From Balanoglossus misakiensis (taxonomy: Eukaryota; Animalia; Hemichordata): 64,000 bases of DNA. Below are positions 1 through 42,107 of the stretch, piece after piece. The notes under the pieces were generated by a model. The model was given only the letters and a program-made list of their open reading frames with translations. It was not told where the DNA came from and did no database searches. The position numbers and the translations under genes are program-made. The DNA is taken from positions 11,845,129-11,909,128 of the forward strand of contig CM082576.2 of the NCBI GenBank assembly GCA_040954595.2, written 5' to 3'. Each line of letters begins with the position of its first letter. Positions within the stretch are counted from its first letter, which is position 1.

Positions 1-239
1 GCAATTGGACTTGTTTACTCCCCCTGCTATCTCATACAATGTTTTTGAATTTGGCGTTCTTCATGACAGCCGCGTTGCAATTACTAAATGGAAGTTACTA
101 TTGACAACCAATTCTGTCGACTACTATGAGACTGACCAGCAGCACAAATAGACTTCCTCCCATCCATAATTTCCTTCTACTCGTATTAAATAATTTTGCG
201 GGTTCGCTTGACCGTTTTATCTTTTCTCTCTCTCTCCAG

Positions 240-1297
240 ACGCACTGGGAATTTATTACTGCTCTTCCAATTCAGATTGCCCGGGGTTATTTGACCCGAG
301 CGATGAGGACTACTGCTGTGGAAATTCCTTTTCTTCGTATTGTTGCGACTTCGGCACTTGGCTGGGAGACGCTTTCGACGACGACGATGATGACGACTGG
401 TTTGATGATGACGACCGCCATGACATCGGGTCAGTACGGATCATTGATTGCAACGAAAATGTGTTCAACATTATCTTACGGGCTTTACTGCCACTTATTT
501 TTGTACATGGTGTGGTTACATCTAATACGTGTGTATTTGCGTTTGTGCTGAACGATTTTACTTTTGTATTTATGTGGTGGTGGTGGTGGTGATGATGCGT
601 GGTGGTGCTTGTCGATTTTGTTGATCTACCTATACCTTGAAGTCACAATCGTTGCCTAAGTATAGTGATACATGCATAGTGAAAGTTATCTACACATACA
701 CCGTACATACACGACTTCACATACCAGTGACAGTATCAACGTTCAACTTGATATTAAAAGCTCTCTTTTATTTTTCTGTCTTTTGATTCTCAACAGTTCC
801 CTCGCAGTAGGCATTATCGTGGCCATAATTTTCGGCGTGGTCGCTTTCATCACCCTGGTCGTTGTCTGCATCGTTGTCTGCGTCTGTTGCGTTGGCAACA
901 GCGGTCGCCGTAGAAACACGACCACCAACGTGTACCGTAAGTAGAGATACGAGATAGACAAACCGCTTTGGTAGGGCAGGCTCAAGCAAACCAGATGTCA
1001 TATTCCATACGCTCTCGGAACATGTGTTCATTTTCGTCTGTTATAATTATAATGTTGGATCTTAGATATTTACATATTCTATATAATTGTTACATAGATT
1101 ATTGTTCCCATTTTCCCCACACAGATTCCCAAGCCGCGCCGGTTGCCACGGTGGTAACCAGCAACACAGCGCCCTCTGGTGCTCCGTACTACCATACCCA
1201 GCCGCCACCGTATGTTAGCTACACCACCCAACCACAACCCTATGTGAATTACACCACCACCACTCAAGGTGGACAAGTAACCATGATGAAATACTAG
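240..1297 (+). CDS. Shisa-like (STMC6-type) single-pass membrane protein, 5'-partial; exons 240-429, 797-936, 1125-1297
   Basis: Phase-compatible GT-AG exons give ...ALGIYYCSSNSDCPGLFDPSDEDYCCGNSFSSYCCDF (C..CP..YCCG..YCC pattern), an acidic linker, a TM helix ending in CIVVCVCC, and a Pro/Tyr-rich tail with PPPY. The start exon lies upstream of the window. Confidence 0.8.
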
Positions 1298-1867
1298 TAA
1301 ACCCTTCCTCCGTCCACCAAAGCTTTACTTTTAGTACAGCTTCTTGCGAAACCGTGTTCCGGCCATGGCAAACAGCGGCAGAGCAAAATGTGAAGAGGGA
1401 TTCGGAGTAACTCTGTCCGTGTACTTCTGTCTTTTTAACACCAAACCTTTGTGAACCGAGCACGTTTTTCAAGTTCCGGAAGAGAACCTCCCATAGGGAG
1501 ACCGACCAAGCCAACTTGACCATGACTAGTGCTGGATATGACCGTGACAAGACTTTCCTTGAGTTTGACCCATCTTACTAGAACCTTGTCTGTATTCTTA
1601 AATATTTACGTGGGAATTTATCGATAATTCAGTGACACCCATAAACATGTAAAGATCTGTACATTTGTATATGACCATGAATTTAAAGATATGATATTTT
1701 TTCTGATGTGTTCTCTTTTTGTACTTTGAACAATTAGATAGATGGTGAATAAATAAATCACGAAGTGTACTTATAAACACACAAAATCGTCTCTTCTGGT
1801 AATATAGGCCTATGCTAAGTGTTTGCGAGGAAAAATATCGGTGACTATCGGAATTGATGTCTTGTTA

Positions 1868-1890
1868 CCCCCCCCCCCCCCCCCCCCCCC
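1868..1890. repeat. C23 homopolymer upstream of TATDN3
   Basis: Seen directly. Confidence 0.9.
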
Positions 1891-2058
1891 GCAGCTAGCT
1901 TCATGAGTGTAGCGCCAGCAGCGTTAGAAAACGGCAGGGTCAAAGTTCATGTGTCAGCTGGGGTCATTTTCAGCTGCAGCTGTGTTTACATGACTGACGA
2001 TCAGAGTATAGGGGCAACTCCATCCAATCTTTCTGTGTAGTTTTTCCTCAAGGGTGCG

Positions 2059-4700
2059 ATGGCGGAGCTCGTCACAGATTGTAGTAAAGTAGACGGCTTC
2101 ATCGACGCGCATTGTCACATAGCTGCGAAAGAATTCGACTCGGTGAGCAAATGCCAATAGTTCAGTTCAGCCGATCAACCCTGACTTATCTAAGGAAAGA
2201 AACGCTATACAGTATACTGTTATTTTGCTATACTTTTGTAGAATGTCGGTTATACTCGGCTACGACATTTATTTAGGTCTGTATTATAGACTGAGAACAA
2301 CCGTAGACACTATGGAACAACCCACTACAACCAAAAGGCGAATGTTTATACATCTTTTACTTTCACCTTTTTAGGATCTTGATGCAGTGATTCAAAGGGC
2401 CAAAGAGGTAACTAATAGTACCCCTAAACTTCTCTGGTTTTTTTTTTCAACACGAAAACAAACGTTTGCTGATTTTGTGTGGTTACTACGACTTTATCCT
2501 CTGTCGACATGTATGTTCTTCTACATTAGCTAGTTCAGCATAAGTACATATTTCCATTACCTGTCAGATGATTTCATAATTTAGAATACACTGCAGCAGT
2601 TGTTGAAATTTCTTTGACTAATGTTTCTGTTTGAGTGTAGAACAGAGTTAGCGGGATAGTTGCAGTCGCTGAATTCATAGAAGATTTTGAGAAGATCATC
2701 GAACTGTCCGAGAGGTACCCTGGTTTTATTTTCCCATCCCTGGGACTGCATCCAGTACAGGTGAGTGGTGACATCTTTCTTGGTGAAAGATCTCTCATGG
2801 TTTGTAACTTGTAACTGTTTGTTGCGATTTCAAGACAAGGCTATTCTGATATTGTCTGTGATTGGCCAGGGTGAACCATGTGATGACGGAAGGTCGGGAG
2901 CAAAGCTGGCACAGCTGGACGAAGCTCTGCCAATCATTGAGAAGTACGCGGAGAGACTTGTTGCTATTGGGGAGGTATGTGAGTTTTGATACGAACTCTC
3001 AACGAGTCTCATAGATGTAACTCTACAGCATGGTATTGAATATTTGTGCAACGTTGAACTTTATCTGAAAATTCGACTGCAAATGCCATGTGGGGTTGTA
3101 ACAGCATTGGATATTTCTAATGAGATGATTAGAACTACCGGTAAATGTATTTGTAACTGCTGTATTCTAGCTGAGAGTAATGCATTATACATGTATTTGA
3201 AAGTACCAGTATAACTTCGCAGTGTTGTTAGCTAGCCCTTCCTACTTTGAAATCATGTGATTACCATTTGATCAGATCGGATTGGACTTCACTCCTTGGT
3301 ATGTAAAGTCAGCCAAAGATAAGGCAGAGCAAAGGGAAGTTTTCAGAAGACAAATCGAGCTCGCAAAAAGACTGGGCTTGCCAGTGTGAGTATATCCTCT
3401 ACTGAAAGTCAATCCAGGGATTTTTGACACAATAAACAGAGCGCCGCTTTAAGACACAATCACCTGCAATGACAGGATTAGGATTTGAAATACCTATTAA
3501 TGATTGTCTTTCGCAGAAATGTACACTCAAGGTCAGCTGGGAGACCGGTTATCAATTTCCTCAAAGAAAATGGTAAGATATTATTTTCTGGTTGTGTTGA
3601 CCACAAAGGTAAATTTCAAATGGGCTGGTGTTTTACTGGTGGCTGTCCTTTATTCAAATATCTATCCTCTGTATAGGTTGAGCATAGCAGACTTTGGTGG
3701 TGTAAAAAACCCCATGCTTTGCTTTATACACTGCAGGTATGACTTATATTTTCTTGGTTTCCAGGTGCTGAGAAGGTGTTGCTGCACGCGTTTGACGGTA
3801 AAGTGTCTGTTGCCAAGCAGGGAGTGGAGTCTGGTTATTATTTCTCCGTGCCGCCATCAATAGTGAGAAGTGAACAGGTGAGCTTGCTGTTGTCAACTGC
3901 TGGTGTTATTGTCCATGTGAACATGTTTGGACTCGTAGTGTTAAATATGTGTTAGGATATCTGTATGATAAATTCAGGAAATACTACTAGACAGTGAAAA
4001 CAGAATCTTTAGAACAAATGCAGATATTGCCTTTAAATATCTAAATAAATTCTGTCCAAACAATAGCTTGTTGAAACAAAAACATCTGAGAAGTTGACCT
4101 GTTGGGGGCGCTGGTGGGAATTAAGGCAAATAGCCACCACTGACTAGTGGACAAAGTACAGCATACTACTGTTTTATAAGCCCTAGTAACAGCAAACAGT
4201 ATTTTTTTCGCCTCAAAATGAATTTTCTTGTTTACATTACCGTTTTCCACCTAGAAACAAAGATTAGTGGAGGCTATCCCATTGGATCATCTCTTACTGG
4301 AGACTGACTCGCCAGCGCTGGGTCCAGAAAAACAGGTCAGTAAAAAAGAACCGTGTTCTGCAAATATGTTCCATACAAAACAACAAACATACTTTCATAC
4401 TTTCAGGCATGAGGTGTCTGGACTCCAAATTACGTAACTTAGTGATGCATGGAACCAATTTTGAATGACCACTTTCAAAGATTTGTCAGAAATAGTTCAC
4501 AGTCATTTCCAAATAACACTGACTATTTTCTACAACATTCTGTTCCGTTCCATCAGGAAAGAAACGAACCGATGAACATCAAGATCTCGTGTGAAATGGT
4601 TGCCAAGATAAAAGGAGTTTCTATGGAAACCGTGATGCAGAAAACAACTCAAAATGCCCTGAAAATTTTTCCTCAAATTCAGAAATATTTAAAGAGGTGA
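2059..4700 (+). CDS. TATDN3: TatD-family DNase TATDN3, ~281 aa; exons 2059-2142, 2375-2407, 2641-2760, 2870-2974, 3276-3385, 3517-3572, 3765-3877, 4255-4335, 4557-4700
   Basis: Spliced product carries TatD motifs [51 protein letters not shown] and RNEP. All introns are GT-AG and in phase. Confidence 0.95.
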
Positions 4701-5301
4701 TAATGTCATATCACTGGACAAGGAGTTTATTTCAACAATTAAAGTTGTTTTAAATAATCGTTGATTATCAGTTTTTATTGACCATTGAACCCCAAATCTT
4801 TGCAAAGTTCAGTGAACCTTGCATTCGTATCATAATGAAATTAAAGTTACCACCCTCTGTGTACGTGAACATGACTCACTATATTCAGAGAATGAAAAAG
4901 AAAATTAAAGTTGTGTCATAACATTTAGCCACCCCAGGTGGCATCAAGTAATATTAGTTTTAGTTTCATTAATTACACTCACAGTAAATATTCTTTTTTC
5001 CAAATTCAAGATTTTTATTTCAGTCTCAAAACAATCACTCAGTTATCAAATAAAACATATTGCAAACCACATCTGCATGCTGGCAGTAAAACATCACACA
5101 CAAAACACACTCTATAGTGAAACAACATGGCAGTCACTTCCTCTCGTATCAGCTCTGAGAGGAAGTGTGCACTAAAATATTAATCACGTTTCTAACAACC
5201 GATTCCCTAGTAACAGTGTTATTAATAATCTAGCATCCTTTGATCGCCACTGAAGAGTGTAAACTAGATGTTCATTTCACCTCAGTGGTAATCAAGATAT
5301 A

Positions 5302-5616
5302 TTTAAGCAATAAAACACCCCCAGCCATGGTATATCACGAGATTTTGACCAGTTCACGACATATACGCACGAGCGATAGCGAGTGCGTATATGGAGTTGA
5401 ACTGGTCAAAATCGAGTGGTATACCATGGCTGGGGTGTTTTATTGCTATTTTATTATGCCAGTATATTGAAACTTTGCATAAAACATTTTAAAAAGGCAT
5501 TTTCTTTAACTATGATATATGACTGTGGTATATGGCTAATATATCACGGTCACGTGTCGTGTCTCGACCAATCAAATAGCGTGATTTACATCATCAATAT
5601 ACTGGTATAATATAAT
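5302..5616 (+). mobile_element. Hairpin-headed non-autonomous element, copy A (315 bp)
   Basis: Starts TTTAAGCAATAA, hairpin 5306-5447, ends TGGTATAATATAAT. Near-identical to copy B and shares architecture with copy C. Confidence 0.8.
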
Positions 5617-5620
5617 AAAA

Positions 5621-5936
5621 ATTATATTATACCAGTATATTGATGGTGTAAATCACGCTATTTGATTGGTCGAGACACGACACGTGACCGTGATATATTA
5701 GCCATATACCACAGTGATATATCATGGTAAAAGAAAGTGCCTTTTTAAAATGTTTTATGCAAAGTTTCAATATACTGGCATGATATAATAGCAATAAAAC
5801 ACCCCCAGCCATGGTATACCACTCGATTTTGACCAGTTCAACTCCATATACGCACTCGCTATCGCTCGTGCGTATATGTCGTGAACTGGTCAAAATCTCG
5901 TGGTATACCATGGCTGGGGGTGTTTTATTGCTTAAA
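5621..5936 (-). mobile_element. Hairpin-headed non-autonomous element, copy B (inverted, tail-to-tail with A)
   Basis: Reverse complement of copy A with 8 substitutions and 1 indel by manual alignment; 4-nt AAAA spacer between the copies. Confidence 0.8.
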
Positions 5937-6849
5937 CAAATTACATCATGAGAAGCCTTTTTTGGTGATTACCATGGAGAATACTGCTGTTATAATGCTG
6001 CTTTTACATATACTACAAAGAAAGCTGTTGTTTTTAATACTGATATTGGGTATACAGTAAATAAAATATTTGGACGGAATATGATATAATAAGCACAGTG
6101 TATTAAAGACCTGTATACTGTGAAAAAAACAGCTGTAGTGTAGAGTGATGTAAATTGGTGATGGCTTCTACAGTTGTGAAATATTCTTTGAATATCAATC
6201 TCTCCTTGATGCACATATATAAGCTAATTATAATACAGACAAGAAATGTTCATGATTTTGATATCAAAAGCTTCACAACACTTAAAAATATAAGCAGCCT
6301 GCACCGCTTTTCCAGCCTTGCATATGTAAATTAATCCCTTTTGAGAAAACCTTGTACAGTGACAATGTGCAGTCAAAATTACCTTTCAAAATATTCTACA
6401 ATCTGTGTAAACTGTTGAACGCTCTTTATTGCATAAAATCTGTCATTATAATAGTGCCTGGCGCGCAGTCAGTGAAAATGTTCATTTGGTGGACGGCTTT
6501 TCTGATAACAAGTCTCAATAATCATGGCAGTATGATTGAAATTTCTAATGCCAAAAATGTCCTTATTTGAATCAAAAATCGTAATTTTAAGCTACTGATA
6601 ACCCCCCTTCCCATACAGCATCTTCAAGCAGACGTTACCATGGTGATAATATAGATTGCTTGGGTGTATTTTTCCGCTTGTTTCTTCCCTGTCTCCCTCG
6701 TCATTTTTTTTAAAATCCGTTTTGGAGTTGCAGTTGAGCTGGAGATTTTTTCCCCAGTATCAATGAGTGTCCATTCGTTCCTCCCTCACACAGACAGAAT
6801 GGGAGTGTTTTATACATGTACGTCCAGAGACCTCTAGATAGCAAGATGG

Positions 6850-8400
6850 CTGTGATCTGTAATGGAGAATGGTGAATTATTTAATATGCGTACGTACATG
6901 TATTGGCTGTTGCGGAGTGCTCTGTACATGCCGACACTGAACGACACTCCTCGATGTCAAATGGGCCATACTTCACAGCCGTGTACGAAGTTATTTATTG
7001 CGTGTTTTAATAGCAGTGTGTACAAAAGCGCAAGATTCTTGTGGGATAAAAGGGTTTGAATGACGGGCTGTTGAAATTAAATTGCCCCGCTGATCTGAAA
7101 GAAATACCGAACGAATCCATGTCGCGACCTTTCGCATTGTACCACTAAGGGGGATTTTTACTGTGTTTGTCCAAAGGCTTACAGTCTAACTTCAATTACC
7201 AACCAGACGGCTATTATTGCGCTCAATGTTTACACCGCCCACATTCATACAATGGTGACAGGCGCATTAAAAAACGCAGGCGGCAGAATCCAACAGGTGG
7301 TAGTGGAAATTCTCCTTGTCACATTAAAATCTAACAAATATTGTAACTGTTTTTTTAAATTTCTTTTGGGGTTTGAAAGAATCTCATGTCGCTAGGGAAA
7401 TAAGTGACCGTGGTAATATTGCTGTCAAGGTGCGACAATCATTTTCGAACCTGTGAATTAAAAAAAGGGACCGCTGATCGAGATCGTTGCAATTTTTGTT
7501 AATTATGAAAACTATTAAATGCTTACATGATTTATTCGGAAAGTGACGTCTTTGAAGGTGAGTTGGCAGATCTGGCTGAAACGAGCACCGTGGTTCGCTC
7601 TCCTGTTTGTTGGCGTTGTCGAAGACGCGACTTTGGAAGGCGTCGGAGTCGTGTTTTCGCTCGGCTCGCAGCCACGCCTGTTTGCTGTTCCGTTCGACCG
7701 CACACCACGACTCCCTCTGCATATTCGTTTCGTACATCTCTCGTGAATTCGCCATATTTGTACACCTCCTTTCTTGAATGCCAAAATGGAACAGGAACAG
7801 CTATCAAAGATACGGCTTCCCCAACACACCTGTTCGACACGAACTTTATGTTCGAAGTTGTTATTAAAGTGACTAGTCACTACGAACTTGTTTACTATAA
7901 CCTGCGGCCACGTCTCCTAGCAACTGGACTACTTCGTCAAAAAAATGTCATAAAAGTATAACATTTCTTGCTTGAAACATGAAAACTGCGAACCTATTTA
8001 ATAAGATATGAATCCACAAATGATAATGTGAGTGGCGTAGACCCTACAAATGTAATTTATTAACGTCGGATGAATACACCTGAATGTCCAAAAAAGGCGA
8101 ACCGACATCAACGGATCAGGTGTGTAAGGGGGCGCTATATCTTGTTACACTAACAAAGTTACGAACCTTTGTCCGCTGATCTGTAAAGCTAATCGATTAT
8201 CTACGACCGAGAGACTCTGCTACTGTGCTGTGTAGTAGAATGATTTGTGCCAGCCAATTTTGGGGTTACCTACATAATACATGTAGTTCATGGGAAACTT
8301 ACAGTTATATACACGTTGGGAAGGGGCGGAGAATTGATGATTTCGGGGGCATCGTTGGTGAACAATTCCACCTCGGACACATTTATACCAAAATTCACGA
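6850..8400. other. CpG-rich block of unknown origin, possibly a decayed transposon (boundaries approximate)
   Basis: Composition differs from the flanks; recurring CCGCTGATC motif at 7087, 7471 and 8173. No clear TIR or recognisable protein. Confidence 0.3.
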
Positions 8401-11400
8401 AATCTGAATTTTCAGACACAAACTGTTAACATTTCTACAATCTCCAATAATTTGTGACACAATTCCCAATCAGTGCAAGGGCGGCTGCTTTGTCTATAAA
8501 GCGACCAAACATATATTTACTGGCATCATCTGCAATTTTCATATTTTTCCATGCTTTACGAAAAATAAGAGTCAGTTTTAAAGAGGACAGCTATTTTGAC
8601 TTTTGGCAGAACATTTGAAGTAGTTTCCAATGGACAGAAAAGATAGACCCCAAAGACATAGATATTTATATAACATAATATTTTTTTGTGAATTTACTTA
8701 CACCATCTATTGCAGCACACATATTTAAAAAAAGAATCTTGGGAAAATTACAACTCAAAACTTTTCTGAAGCTTTCAACAATTACTCTCTTTGTACAGCA
8801 AATATTATTTAGCGTTTAGTTTATACAAAACAGTTAACAGTCCAATGCGTGGATGTTAATGGTACTGCTAAGGTCACACACCAATCTGTGTTGGAATAGT
8901 TACGGAAAACATTCAAAGTTGGCAGAGAATTTTCACTCGGTGACAGGGTTAGAAATGGACACAAATCTGAGTGCCAGGATGTAGGTTTGGTTAAAATTAA
9001 GACTACCACATGGGATTAGCCCATATTGCCATAAGGTCATACCTCAAGCATCAGTCGAGGAAGAGCATTCAATAGTTTCATACCACATGTATCTGATGAA
9101 ACATGAATATTTCGGACCATACATAAGTGAATATTCTTGGCAACAGCATGCATACACTGATTGACATACTGCTCACACCGATTAAAAAGTCTACTTTCTA
9201 CCATCTACATGCAAAATCTGAGTTTGGTGTGAAAGGAACCTCTAAAATCGTTGTACAAAGCTGCTTATTAATTAATACAAAGTCGCATCTACCTGTCTCA
9301 CTCTATCAATCTGTATCTCTCTCTCTCTCACTCTCTCTCATTAACATGCACTGGCTAACAAAACATCAAACTGAGTTAAATTCAAAGAAAATAATTTAAC
9401 TTTCTGTACAGAGGGAAAAAAATCATACATCAACTGGCAGGGAGATACAGTCATAGGGGTATTTATCAAAATACGGAAACTTTCCTCAAGGTACCAGGCT
9501 CTTGCACTCCCTAATGTACACCACGAACTACCACCCACAATTCACGCCTCTCTAAGTCATGCACACATACGTTATCAATGAAACATGACCAATACAAAAA
9601 TTAGTACACTCCATCTCATCGAAGTTCTATGGAGTGAACGATACAATATTCTAGTCATGCCAGTATTTAACATTGTTTCATATCACAACACTGCCACTGT
9701 TGACTTCAGGCAGACAATTGTCAGTTCATGGAATAAACTGAGAGAAAAGAGAAATCTCAGCAAATTACTTTTTTTAAGTTCTCCGGGTTTTTTTTCTGTA
9801 AAAATAACTACACTACATGTGTGCCTTTTGATTAAAATCCATAATACAACTCTGCACACGAAAAGAAAGAGCAATTTTACAAAAAAATCTTTACTGGCAA
9901 CATCAATTAAATCAGCTGTGCGTGATTAAAGGACGATTTAAGTGTTTACGCCAGAAACCCTTGCTCTGGAGACTTGTGATTTTCGTGCTGACTTGATAGA
10001 GTATCTCTGTCGAGTGTATGATCACACACAGTACTGTAACTATGGGCACGATATCAACATGTGAGGGCGCTGTTCTCTAAATACAGCAGACAACCCAACG
10101 ATCTGGAATACACCGAGTAACGTACTAAATCCCTACCATGATATTAATTGAGTTTCACTGCAAGTTTATGTTTATGCTTTGTTGGTGTTCATTTTTATAT
10201 GGGATTTAAATTCATAGCAGGAAATAGATCTATAATGTACACACACAAAGCATGCATGGTGGACACATGTAAGAAACTTTGTATAAGAAAATACATGCTA
10301 CTCATGATGATGATGATGATGATTGAAAAACCTCTACAAACTTGTACATTCTTTTCCTATTCAAAGCAGAACGAGCAAAGAAGCCGGAATATGAAACATT
10401 CCTTCTAATATACATTCTCCAATATTTTACAGGCACAGAAAAATCAGAAAGAGCACTTGATTTGACCACGTTCAAAACTGGGCGAATAAAAATAAATTGG
10501 GTTAATCCAATTACAGTTTTTACCAATAACTGGACATTTGCAGTCAATAAGATGTTATTCCAGCTGGAAACACAGTGGGTGGTTTGACTAAGTAATATCA
10601 TTATTCTTTGTAGTAATGCTGTGTACATATGCAAGAACTTAATCCGTGCCACAAATTTCTGTTTCACAAAATCATAGCACCACATGCAAAATGAAACAGT
10701 AACATTTTAATTTTTCCCGACATACTATAAACATTTACAATTTCATATATAATTTGAATAGTTTCTTTGTGCTTTAAGTACAATCCTGTATCATTTTAAT
10801 TTTAAAAGTTGTCTACTTTTTTTTCTACAAGTACAATGACTACATTGTACCATAAAAAATTGTCTGTGCTATATTGAAAGATCCCTCAACGTCCCAACTC
10901 CGGTGTAAAAATCAATTTGTCCAAACCCCCCACAGAAACCCAATCTTCCCTCCTTTCCCTCCCCTTTCCCAAATAATACCACTTGCATTTACTCTTGATT
11001 CTGTGCCTTAAAATTTAAACTCTTGCCTCTGTCTCGCCCAGAAGCGTTACCCTCCTCCCCTCCCTTCTGTGATAATACACATTCAATTTTTTTTTTACAT
11101 CTTACTGATTTTTCTGACATACATAGCTCTTATTCCAAGAAAACTGTCTTCAGTTTGGTGGAAAGGTTGAGATGACTGTGCCATCGAGATTGGGGGAATT
11201 GCGAAATCACGGACTGCAGTTTGAAAATCCTTGTTTCATCAAACTGTGTGATTTTTCATGACCTTTTGTACCTTGACCTTTTGACCTTGTACAGTACGAG
11301 ACGCGTCATTGTTGGGTCTCTTAGATATACTGTACAGCGCATCCCTGTAGCAGTCTCCTATAGACATCAAGGGAGTAAGTATCATATTAACTGAAAACAT

Positions 11401-11561
11401 GGATTTGTACTGCATACCAATCTACCATGCAATTTAGTTTTCAGCTGACACACACACCGCTTCATTGCACTTGTGGTTTCTGACATAAGGTACTGGGCCC
11501 TGCTATAAGTGATGAAAGCCAAGTTGGACTAGTCAGTGTGTTCCATCCCTCCCTTCTTCTT

Positions 11562-42107
<30,546 letters not shown>

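Noticed and set aside
126-551. 141-aa ORF in the supplied track
   Set aside because: Wrong frame; the Shisa-like exon is read in another frame.
5240-5911. Near-identical short ORFs on opposite strands (5240-5470, 5416-5610, 5627-5911)
   Set aside because: By-products of the palindromic elements; one copy is frameshifted and there is no recognisable protein.
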